Assembly (NCBI GenBank): GCA_002784465.1
Contig: PFLE01000011.1
Coordinates: 3,966 to 67,965 of the forward strand
Direction of reading: 5' to 3'
Length of the DNA: 64,000 nucleotides
Source of the DNA: Candidatus Shapirobacteria bacterium CG_4_10_14_0_8_um_filter_39_15
GTDB lineage: Bacteria; Patescibacteriota; Microgenomatia; UM-FILTER-39-15
A program made the position numbers and the translations under genes. Positions 1-8,588 of the stretch are shown here, piece after piece (the stretch's first letter is position 1; every line of letters starts with the position of its first letter). Under the pieces are notes generated by a model. It was not told the origin of the DNA, ran no database searches, and saw only the letters and a program-made list of their open reading frames with translations.

Positions 1-1775
1 CAATTAACAAAATCGCCTTGGTAAATAACACAATAAAGGAGGAAACCCTAATTTTATATTCATAAGATTGGTTGTTGATTTTACCGTTGATGGAACCAAC
101 GCCTTCCCAAATCAGTTTTTGGCTTTTAAAAGCGATCGGCAGGCTGATTGTTCCATAGGGCGGAATAACATTGAGATGTTTTTGGTTTAAAGATAGCAAG
201 GTGAATTGATCGGTTTCAATAAGAAAATCTTTATTATAAACCGCCTCTCCGCCGGTATTTTCTATTTGAATACTACCGTTGGTTTTAAATTCACTGTAAA
301 CTTTTTTAGGAAGATTGAAAATGAATTCCAGATCAAGATTGGGACCCTCTAAATATTTACCGAAAGTGATATCAATATCTCTTGTGTTCTGGTTGCTGGT
401 TTTATAAGCGCCGGCCGGAAGGGGTTTTTCGCTATCAAGGCCGTGAATTGCAAAAACAAAATGATTCAAATCCATATTATGGAAAAAATCAATCACGCCG
501 GTGGTATTTTCCCAAGTCGGATCAACTTGCTTCCAGATATTTAGACTTTCGTCCCAATATTCCGGCCAAGCGTGGAGAATATCCTGATTAAGGCTTAATG
601 GCTTGTTTTGAGGATTATCAGTATAGGAATAACCGGTTAGTTCTCTGGCCGGAATACCGGCCGCCCGCGCAAGTGCGATAAACAGATCCGAAAATTCGGT
701 ACAAATAGCCTGGTCCGGGTTATTCAGTACTGCTCTGGCTCCCATTCTCTCTCTTTTCACTTCAAGTTTTCCATAATCATATTTAAGGGTTTTAACAACA
801 TAATCGTAAATTTTTTCCGGCGTTTTTAACTGCTGGGCCAGATTAATAATTTGCTGATCATCCACTTCCCAATATTTTTGCGGTTTTAAATATTCCTGTT
901 TATCAACAAAAGGTTCATTCATCTGAAAATCGAGATTCGGTTGACTGATAATTTGAACACGGCCTTTAGCAATTACATCCAGTTTTTGACCTTTATTAAG
1001 AAAATATGTTGCCAGCCAATTACCGTCATTATCTTGTTCCACATTTATCGGTTTTGGCTCAAGGCTTTGAAAAGTCATTATTTGATAAGCCGTATCCGGA
1101 GGTAAGGCAATTTGCGTGCTGATATTAGATTTTAAGGGATTTGAGAGATGATAAATTAAGGTAAAATTAAAAATTTGAAAATTACCAAAAGCACCCAGTA
1201 TTCCGAATTGGGAAAGCTGATTTTTATTAAATTCATAAATCTGAAAGCCGTTAATTTCCATCTTGGAAAAAGGATCGAGTGAAAGATAGGCCGGTTTCCC
1301 AAAAGAAGAAGGAATCTTTAAAACTAAATGATAATTATTTATCTGGGCGGAATCGGACAATTTCGGAATCATCACTTCCCAAGCCTGGCCGGATTTTTTA
1401 ATCGAATCGACGGCATCGTAATTTAAAGTGAAAGAAAGTATTTTATCTTTGCCGACCACCGGGCGGCTGAAATTAACAGTAATCTTTGCCTGGGAATTTT
1501 GATTGGTAACCACCGCATCCAGCGGCCCGACAGAATCAAAAGCTTTGATATTAGCAGGGTTCATTCGGTCAAGAATCATGGAATAAGAAGAAGCATAAAT
1601 TTCCGAAGTGTTATTTTTTAAAGAAATATTGTAGGTAAAATGCATGGTCCGATCGGTTTTGGCTTCCGCGGTTACTTGATAATCAGAAGTGAGATTTTCG
1701 TCGGCTTTAGCCGGAGAAATTAAAAAAGCAAAGAAAAAAACCAACAGAAAAAGAATTTTTAGCAAACGATACATC
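1..1775 (-). CDS. secreted transglutaminase-like (TGc) protein; 3' end lies beyond the window start
   Basis: Minus-strand reading frame begins at ATG 1775-1773 with a signal peptide (MYRLLKILFLLVFFFAFL). The TGc core motif ICTEFSDLFIALARAAGIPARELTGY is encoded around 620-700. The frame stays open to position 1, and it is absent from the ORF track because it has no stop in the window. Confidence 0.6.
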
Positions 1776-1838
1776 CTGTTAATTTTAGGCCGAATAATGA
1801 CTCTTGACAAGAGTTTTGGGTTTTGTTAGGGTATATAT

Positions 1839-2459
1839 ATGCCGGTAACATTATACAAAAGACAAAAGCAAATCTACGATTTTATTTCCCAATACATCCA
1901 AAAATTCGGCTGCTCGCCAACCCTTCAGCAAATAGCCGACGCGATTAATGTTCATTCTCTGGCCACCATTCACGAACATTTACAGGCAATGGTCAAAAAG
2001 GGCGTCATCCGTAAATACGAAGGAACAATTCGGGGAATTGAATTGATTGACAAAAAAATGGGTGAACTGACCAAAGGGATTGAAGTGCCGATTTTGGGCT
2101 ATATTGCCGCCGGCGCACCAATAGAACCATTCACTGATCCCAATGCCACTTTGCAAGTTTCAGCCTCAATGCTTTCAGGTGGAAAATCCTCCTTTGTTTT
2201 ACAAGTTAAAGGCGAGTCAATGATTGAAGACGGCATTCTTCCGGATGATTATGTCGTGGTTGAACAGCAGGAAGTCGCCAATAACGGCGATATTGTGGTG
2301 GCGCTATTAGATAACGGCTTTGCCACTTTAAAACGATTTTATAAAGAAGCCAGCCGGATCCGTTTGGAACCAGCAAATGCTAAAATGTCTCCTATCTTTG
2401 CCACAAGAGTAAGAATTCAGGGAAAAGTGGTGGGAGTAATCAGAAAATATCAGGTTTAA
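1839..2459 (+). CDS. lexA: LexA repressor (wHTH plus S24 autopeptidase)
   Basis: 206 aa. The N-terminal wHTH is followed by the cleavage-site motif GYIAAGAPIEP. The Ser of GESM and the Lys of TLKRFY form the S24 dyad. Confidence 0.85.
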   Translation: MPVTLYKRQKQIYDFISQYIQKFGCSPTLQQIADAINVHSLATIHEHLQAMVKKGVIRKYEGTIRGIELIDKKMGELTKGIEVPILGYIAAGAPIEPFTDPNATLQVSASMLSGGKSSFVLQVKGESMIEDGILPDDYVVVEQQEVANNGDIVVALLDNGFATLKRFYKEASRIRLEPANAKMSPIFATRVRIQGKVVGVIRKYQV

Positions 2460-3145
2460 TGAATAAATTATTTTTGGTCGCTACGCCAATAGGCAATCTT
2501 CAAGATATTTCATTTCGCGCGGTAGAAACTTTGAAAACTGTCTCAATAATCGCTTGCGAAGATACCAGAAAAACAGGACAACTGCTTAAAAATTTTGATA
2601 TTCCAAACAAACGCTTGATTTCTTATTATGAAGAAAATGAAATCACCAGGATTCTGGAGATAGTTCAATTAATTAAACTGGGTAATGATGTTGCCTTAAT
2701 TTCTAACGCCGGAACACCGACAATTTCTGATCCGGGCTATAAGCTTGTTCGGGAATGTATCAAACAGGGAATTGTAGTTGAATCAATCCCCGGTCCTTCG
2801 GCTTTATTAACCGCGCTTATTTCTTCAGGATTACCAACGGATAAATTTATGTATTTGGGTTTTCTGCCGGAAAAACAAGGAAAAAAAAGGGCTCTTCTGG
2901 AAAGTTTAAAAACAATTCAACAATTTAATAATTTAACAATCATTGTTTACGAATCCCCTTACCGTTTGCAAAAAACACTGGTTCAAATATTCGAAGTATT
3001 TGGCGATATTGACATTGTTATTGCCAGAGAAATGACTAAAGTTTTCGAAGAGACCAGACGCGAAAAAGTCAGTCAGGCAATCACTCATTTTGCAAAAGTA
3101 AACCCAAAAGGAGAATTTACAATTTTATGGAAACCAGAGTTCTAA
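2459..3145 (+). CDS. rsmI: 16S rRNA (cytidine1402-2'-O)-methyltransferase RsmI (tetrapyrrole-methylase fold)
   Basis: N-terminus LFLVATPIGNLQDISFRAVETLK...ACEDTRKTGQLL is typical of RsmI. The ATG overlaps the lexA stop. Confidence 0.85.
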   Translation: MNKLFLVATPIGNLQDISFRAVETLKTVSIIACEDTRKTGQLLKNFDIPNKRLISYYEENEITRILEIVQLIKLGNDVALISNAGTPTISDPGYKLVRECIKQGIVVESIPGPSALLTALISSGLPTDKFMYLGFLPEKQGKKRALLESLKTIQQFNNLTIIVYESPYRLQKTLVQIFEVFGDIDIVIAREMTKVFEETRREKVSQAITHFAKVNPKGEFTILWKPEF

Positions 3146-3186
3146 AGCTTGATTCAATCGGAATAATTTTGTCCACATTTTCCATT

Positions 3187-3209
3187 TTCCACATCGGATG
3201 TGGAATAGC
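3187..3209. repeat. REP-A palindrome TTCCACATCGGATGTGGAA plus TAGC, left flank of RAYT-1
   Basis: Perfect 19-nt palindrome (9-bp stem, 1-nt centre) lying 37 nt upstream of the RAYT-1 start. Confidence 0.7.
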
Positions 3210-3245
3210 TTGACACATCGGGAATAAAAGGATAAATTTATTGTA

Positions 3246-3914
3246 ATGCCTTATCGATTTACTCCATTAGTGACAGGACAGTTTTATCACATCTTTAATC
3301 GTGGGATTGCTCGGCAACCAGTTTTTCTAGATAAATATGATTACCAAAGAATGATTGATACTCTTTGGTTTTATCATTTTGCTGAATCTTCTGTCAAATT
3401 TTCTCGCTATTTAACTCTTCCTTATAAACAAAAGACTTCCTTAATTAATACACTTGCACTTTCTAAAGACATCGTCTCTATTAACACTCATGCATTAATG
3501 CCCAATCATTTTCATCTTTTATTAAGTCAAGAAAAAGATGGAGGAATATCTAAGTTTATTAAGAAGGTAATTGATAGCTATACTCGTTTTTTCAATACCA
3601 AATACGAGAGAAATGGAGCCATCTTTCAAGGTCAGTTCAAAGCGAAATTAATCGAATCAGACGAACAACTTCTTCATCTTTCCAGATATATTCATCTAAA
3701 TCCCTATACCTCTCATATTGTGAATAGGTTAGAAGATATTATTAATTATCCCTGGTCTTCAATGAGTGAGTATATGAATATACGAGAGGGGATATCTAAT
3801 CCAAAATATATATTAAGTAATTTTGGGTCAAAAGAGAAATATTTAGAGTTCGTTAACGATCAGAAGAATTATCAGCGAATCTTGGGTGATATTAAGCATC
3901 TTACTTTCGAATAA
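3246..3914 (+). CDS. REP-associated tyrosine transposase-like protein (RAYT / IS200-like Y1 HuH transposase family), copy 1
   Basis: HuH motif MPNHFHLLL. The C-terminal pattern ...IFQGQFKAKLIESDEQLLHLSRYIHLNPY...INYPWSS matches E. coli RayT (IWQPRFWEHAI...YIYINPV...DWPFSS). It is a paralogue of the ORF at 57555..58214. Confidence 0.75.
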   Translation: MPYRFTPLVTGQFYHIFNRGIARQPVFLDKYDYQRMIDTLWFYHFAESSVKFSRYLTLPYKQKTSLINTLALSKDIVSINTHALMPNHFHLLLSQEKDGGISKFIKKVIDSYTRFFNTKYERNGAIFQGQFKAKLIESDEQLLHLSRYIHLNPYTSHIVNRLEDIINYPWSSMSEYMNIREGISNPKYILSNFGSKEKYLEFVNDQKNYQRILGDIKHLTFE

Positions 3915-3931
3915 TATCCCGACGTGCGAAC

Positions 3932-3953
3932 CTATTCCACATCCGATGTGGAA
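3932..3953. repeat. REP-A palindrome (CTA-TTCCACATCCGATGTGGAA), right flank of RAYT-1, inverted relative to the left copy
   Basis: Same 19-nt palindrome as the left copy with a complementary centre base. It lies 18 nt after the RAYT-1 stop. Confidence 0.7.
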
Positions 3954-3974
3954 AGGATATCCGCCGAGAAAAAA

Positions 3975-5684
3975 TTAGTATTCCTCAAGAGTTGAAGTAT
4001 CCCCCAATGGTAAGCCCAATTCTTTGGCTTTTAAATATCTTCTGACAATTTTACCCGACCTGGTTTTGGGTAATCTTTCAATAAATTCTATTTCTCTTGG
4101 ATACGCGTGGCCGGCCAAATGGGTTTTAACGTGCTGTTGAAGCATTTGAATCAGCTTATCCGAACCTTTAAACCCCGGTTTTAGAACAACAAATGCTTTA
4201 ATTATTTCACCCCGCAAAGGATCCGGCTTGCCGATTACGCCCGTCTCCGCGACTTCCTGACATTCCAAAAGCGACGATTCGACTTCAAATGGCCCGACTC
4301 TCTCTCCTGATGTTTTTATTACGTCATCCGCCCGCCCGACAAACCAGAAATAGCCGTCTTTATCTTTATAAGCCAGGTCGCCGGACAAATACCATTTTTT
4401 ACCTTTATTGGTTACAAAATATTTTTGATATTTATGAGGACGGAGCCAAATTGTTTTCATCATTGACGGCCAACCAGGCTTAATCGCCAAATTGCCGATT
4501 TGTTTTTCTTTTAAAACTTCCCCCTTATCATTCACAATATCCGCCACCACGCCGGGAATCGGTTTTCCCATTGACCCGGGTTTAATATCCAAACAGGGAT
4601 AATTGGCAATCAGAATGCCGCCGGTTTCCGTTTGCCACCAGTTGTCATGGAAAGGCAAACCAATCGCTTTTATGCCCCAAAAAACCGCTTCGGGATTTAA
4701 CGGTTCACCCACCGAGGCTAAATGGCGCAAAGACGAAAGATCATATTTTCCGACTAATTTTTTATCGGATGCCGCCAGCATCCGAATAGCCGTTGGTGCC
4801 GTATACCAAACATTTACTTTGTAGTCTTGTATTAGCTGATACCAAGTTGCCGGATCAAAACGGCCGGAATAAATTAAAGAAGAAGCCCCGTTTGACCAGG
4901 AGCCCAGGATTTCATAGGCAATGCCGGTAACCCAACCCGGATCGGCGGTGCACCAATAAACATCTTCATCGTGAATATCCAAGACCCATTTGGCAGTCAG
5001 ATGTTCGACATAAATTGCTTTATGAGAGTGGATTACCCCCTTGGGTTTACCGGTAGTACCGGAAGTATAAAGCATAAACGCCGGCTCATCCGGATCCATT
5101 TGGGCAATTTTAAAAGTATCAACCTGTTTGGCCAGTTCCAAAGCCAGATCTTCAACCAGAACAATTTTTTCCAGATGAACAAGTTTTTTTCTAATTTCAT
5201 TAACTCGCGGTAAAAGATCATTATTGGTGATTAAAATTTTGGCTTTCGAGTTGCTTAGACGATCTAAAAGAGCTTGCGGACCAAAAGCCGAAAACATTGT
5301 TCCGGCAATCGCGCCGATTTTTAGAGTACCTAAAAATCCATAATATAATTCCGGAACTCTGGGCAGAAAAAAGAAAACCCGATCTGATCTTTCAACACCT
5401 AAACTTTTTAAATAATTGGCAAAACGGTTGGATAATAAAGATAATTCCAAAAAAGTATATTTAATTTTTAAACCGGTTTCATCCTGCCAATATAAAGCGA
5501 CTTTGTTTTTTCTTTGATTTCCGGCATTGTAATCGATTGCCCAATAGGCCGCGTTCATTTTACCGCCGGGGAATTTGGGAATACCAAAATCATAAGTTTT
5601 CCAATCGAAAGTCCGATAGGTTTTTTCGTAATCCGTTAAATTCGGCGGATTTTTATACTTCTTTCTTATTTTAGTATCGTTCAT
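3975..5684 (-). CDS. AMP-forming acyl-CoA synthetase, acetyl-CoA synthetase-like
   Basis: AMP-binding signature YTSGTTGKPKGVIHSH. 569 aa, with an ACS-like N-terminal region. Confidence 0.75.
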   Translation of the reverse strand: MNDTKIRKKYKNPPNLTDYEKTYRTFDWKTYDFGIPKFPGGKMNAAYWAIDYNAGNQRKNKVALYWQDETGLKIKYTFLELSLLSNRFANYLKSLGVERSDRVFFFLPRVPELYYGFLGTLKIGAIAGTMFSAFGPQALLDRLSNSKAKILITNNDLLPRVNEIRKKLVHLEKIVLVEDLALELAKQVDTFKIAQMDPDEPAFMLYTSGTTGKPKGVIHSHKAIYVEHLTAKWVLDIHDEDVYWCTADPGWVTGIAYEILGSWSNGASSLIYSGRFDPATWYQLIQDYKVNVWYTAPTAIRMLAASDKKLVGKYDLSSLRHLASVGEPLNPEAVFWGIKAIGLPFHDNWWQTETGGILIANYPCLDIKPGSMGKPIPGVVADIVNDKGEVLKEKQIGNLAIKPGWPSMMKTIWLRPHKYQKYFVTNKGKKWYLSGDLAYKDKDGYFWFVGRADDVIKTSGERVGPFEVESSLLECQEVAETGVIGKPDPLRGEIIKAFVVLKPGFKGSDKLIQMLQQHVKTHLAGHAYPREIEFIERLPKTRSGKIVRRYLKAKELGLPLGDTSTLEEY

Positions 5685-5685
5685 A

Positions 5686-7311
5686 TTAGGGTAGCAGGCT
5701 GCATCCGGTCATTGACGAGGGAATCGGAATTTCCAGCAAAGTTAGAATTGTAGGCGCAATATCGCCCAAAATACCGGTGGGCAACACAACCGACTTGCCT
5801 TCGTATTGCTTGCCGACAATAATAATCGGAACTGGGTTGGAGGAATGTTCCGTATCGACCGCGCCGGTTTTCAAATTAATCATTTCTTCAATATTACCAT
5901 GATCGGCAGTGAGAATAAGCGTTCCGCCCAAAGCAACGACATTTTTAACCACTTTATCTAAACAAGCATCAACCGCTTCACAAGCCTTAATTCCGGCACT
6001 TAAAACGCCGGTGTGGCCGACCATATCCGGATTAGCATAATTGATTAAAATAAAATCATAGGTTTTTTGGGCCACTTTTTCCAAAATATTATTGGTTAAT
6101 TCAACGCAGGACATTTCCGGCTTTAAATCATAGGTTGCCACTTTGGGAGAAGGAATAATTATTTTTTGGGTATTGGTGAAAAAATTCTCGCGCAGGCCGT
6201 CAAAATAATAAGTGACGAATCTTTCTTTTTCCGATTCGCTGGCCCGAAGTTGCACAAGTCCTTTATCGGAAATAATCCTGCCTAAGGGCAAGTCAACATG
6301 GTTTGGAGGAAAAGCAATTTGAACCGGTAATCCGTCCTCATATTCAGTCATGGTAACAAAAAATAAGTTCTTGATTTTCGGACCGCGGGGAAAAGTTTGC
6401 TTAATGTCAGACTCATAATAACTTTTTTTGAAATATTTTTCGGCATAGGGATCAAAAGCGATTTTTTTACCAAGAAGATTATTCATATTGTCGATCACAA
6501 AAGCCTTGGTTAATTGCCGAGGCCGGTCAATCCGGAAATTATAAAAAATTGCCGCGTCGTTAGCGTTTATCCGAGGAAACATTTTACCGTCAGGACCTTT
6601 GAAAATTATTGGTTTTAAAAATTCATCGGTTTCTTTGGCTTTGTAGCGGTCAGCGACGGCCGATTTCGGATCGGAATACAGATCACCTTTGCCTTTAGTC
6701 AAGGCCTCATAGGCAATTTGGGTTCTTTCCCAGCGGTTATCCCGGTCCATGGCATAATACCGGCCGACTAAAGTGGCAATCGTTCCGACACCATCGGATT
6801 TACATAACAATTCTATTTGATCTAGCAGTATCGAAGCAGAATTGGGAGGTGAATCGCGCCCGTCAGTAAATAAATGAAGATAGACTTTTGTTAAACCTTC
6901 AAGTTTGGCCAATTTCATTAAGGCATAAAGATGTTCCATGCTGGAATGAGCCGAACCTTGACCGATTAAACCCATTAAATGCAAGTTGCTGGAATACCTT
7001 TTGCAATGATCGATCGCCCCAAGGAAAGCCGTATTTTTGTAAAAAGAACCGTCGGCCAAAGAAAGATTTATATGAGGAAGATCCTGATAGACGATTTTAC
7101 CGGCGCCTAGATTCAGATGACCGGTTTCCGAATTGCCGCAAATCCCGTGAGGCAAGCCAACCGATTCTCCGGAGGCTTGGAGCTGGCCATGAGGATAGGA
7201 AGCATAAAGATTATTAAAGGTGGGAATTTTGGCCGAAGTTACGGCATTCCCCTTGCTTGGCGGGGCAATTCCCCAACCGTCCAAAATTAGTAAAACAACT
7301 GGTTTGGTCAT
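5686..7311 (-). CDS. gpmI: 2,3-bisphosphoglycerate-independent phosphoglycerate mutase
   Basis: N-terminus VVLLILDGWGIAPPSKGNA...ETGHLNLGAG. 541 aa. Confidence 0.9.
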   Translation of the reverse strand: MTKPVVLLILDGWGIAPPSKGNAVTSAKIPTFNNLYASYPHGQLQASGESVGLPHGICGNSETGHLNLGAGKIVYQDLPHINLSLADGSFYKNTAFLGAIDHCKRYSSNLHLMGLIGQGSAHSSMEHLYALMKLAKLEGLTKVYLHLFTDGRDSPPNSASILLDQIELLCKSDGVGTIATLVGRYYAMDRDNRWERTQIAYEALTKGKGDLYSDPKSAVADRYKAKETDEFLKPIIFKGPDGKMFPRINANDAAIFYNFRIDRPRQLTKAFVIDNMNNLLGKKIAFDPYAEKYFKKSYYESDIKQTFPRGPKIKNLFFVTMTEYEDGLPVQIAFPPNHVDLPLGRIISDKGLVQLRASESEKERFVTYYFDGLRENFFTNTQKIIIPSPKVATYDLKPEMSCVELTNNILEKVAQKTYDFILINYANPDMVGHTGVLSAGIKACEAVDACLDKVVKNVVALGGTLILTADHGNIEEMINLKTGAVDTEHSSNPVPIIIVGKQYEGKSVVLPTGILGDIAPTILTLLEIPIPSSMTGCSLLP

Positions 7312-8588
7312 ATTGTTGGCGAGACAGGTTTTAATTCGGCTTCAATTTCCAATAATCGGTTGTATTTGGCAATTCTCTCGCCTCGGGCTGGCGCGCCGAA
7401 TTTAGTATAGTCCGAACCAACGCCAACCGCAAAATCGGCAATAAAATCATCATTCGTTTCCCCTGAACGGTGAGAAACAATGACCTTCCATTTGGCATCG
7501 CGGGCCTGTTTAATTACTTTTATGGTTTCCGAAATGGTTCCAATCTGATTCGGTTTAACCAGAATCGCTCCGCAGGCTTTCCTTTCAATTGCCTTTTTAA
7601 CTCTTTCGGGGTTGGTGCACAGCAGATCATCACCGACTAAAATTGTTTCCGCGGTAACTTCAGCATTCATTTTCGTCCACGAATCCCAATCTTCTTCATA
7701 TAAAGGATCTTCTAGTAAAGATAAAGGATACTGTTCAAAAAGAGACCGGTAGAAATCAATCAAGTCGGCTGTTTCCATCGGCTGGGTCCGATCGCGGATC
7801 GTATAAACGCCATTTCTGTAAAAATTACTGGCGGCGCAGTCCAAGCCTAAAAAAACATCTCTTTTGAATTCAAAACCGCGTTCTTTTATCGCTTGAACAA
7901 TCACTTCTAGGGCATCAAGATTGGTAAATAAATTCGGCGCAAAACCGCCTTCATCGCCAACAGAATGAATCGCCCCGTGCCTGATTAAAATATCTTTAAC
8001 CCCTTGATAGACTTCTTCGGCAATTTCCAGATTTTGTTGATAGCTTTTTTGAGAAGTCAAAATAATATGAAATTCCTGAAATTCCAGATTTCCGGCGCCG
8101 TGTTTTCCCCCGTTGATTAAATTAAAAGTTGGTACCGGTATTATTATCGGGCCCAAAACTAACCCAATACCGGCGGCTAACTCCCGGACATACCGGTAAG
8201 TTGGTAATCCTTTGGCCAGAGCGCCCGCCTCGCAAATCCCTTGAGAAACACTTAATATAGAATTTGATCCCAGGTTACTTTTATTAAAACTGCCATCCAG
8301 ACGAATTAAAATATCATCAATTTCGAATTGCTTTGTTGGATCAAGACCAATTAATTTTGGCCCCATTATTTGATTGACATTATTAACCGCTTTCAAAACA
8401 CCCAAACCACCATAACGATTGGGATCGTTATCTCGAAGTTCCGAGGCTTCCATCGACCCGGTAGAAGCACCGGAAGGGACAGAAGCGATCGCTTTTTGAT
8501 TATTATCCAACCAAACAGCCGTTTCCACGGTTGGATTTCCGCGGCTGTCTAAGATTTCTCGTGCTTGAATGGCTTTAATTAAACTCAT
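7308..8588 (-). CDS. eno: enolase
   Basis: MSLIKAIQAREILDSRGNPTVETAV..., 426 aa. There is a 4-nt overlap with gpmI. Confidence 0.95.
   Translation of the reverse strand: MSLIKAIQAREILDSRGNPTVETAVWLDNNQKAIASVPSGASTGSMEASELRDNDPNRYGGLGVLKAVNNVNQIMGPKLIGLDPTKQFEIDDILIRLDGSFNKSNLGSNSILSVSQGICEAGALAKGLPTYRYVRELAAGIGLVLGPIIIPVPTFNLINGGKHGAGNLEFQEFHIILTSQKSYQQNLEIAEEVYQGVKDILIRHGAIHSVGDEGGFAPNLFTNLDALEVIVQAIKERGFEFKRDVFLGLDCAASNFYRNGVYTIRDRTQPMETADLIDFYRSLFEQYPLSLLEDPLYEEDWDSWTKMNAEVTAETILVGDDLLCTNPERVKKAIERKACGAILVKPNQIGTISETIKVIKQARDAKWKVIVSHRSGETNDDFIADFAVGVGSDYTKFGAPARGERIAKYNRLLEIEAELKPVSPTI

Larger units (their letters stand above)
3187..3953 (+). mobile_element. REP/RAYT unit 1 (RAYT gene bracketed by inverted REP-A hairpins)
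   Basis: This is the canonical REP-RAYT architecture. It is sandwiched between rsmI and an acs-like gene. Confidence 0.6.

Noticed and set aside
382-591. 69-aa plus-strand ORF
   Set aside because: It is antisense within the transglutaminase-like gene, which occupies 1..1775 on the minus strand.
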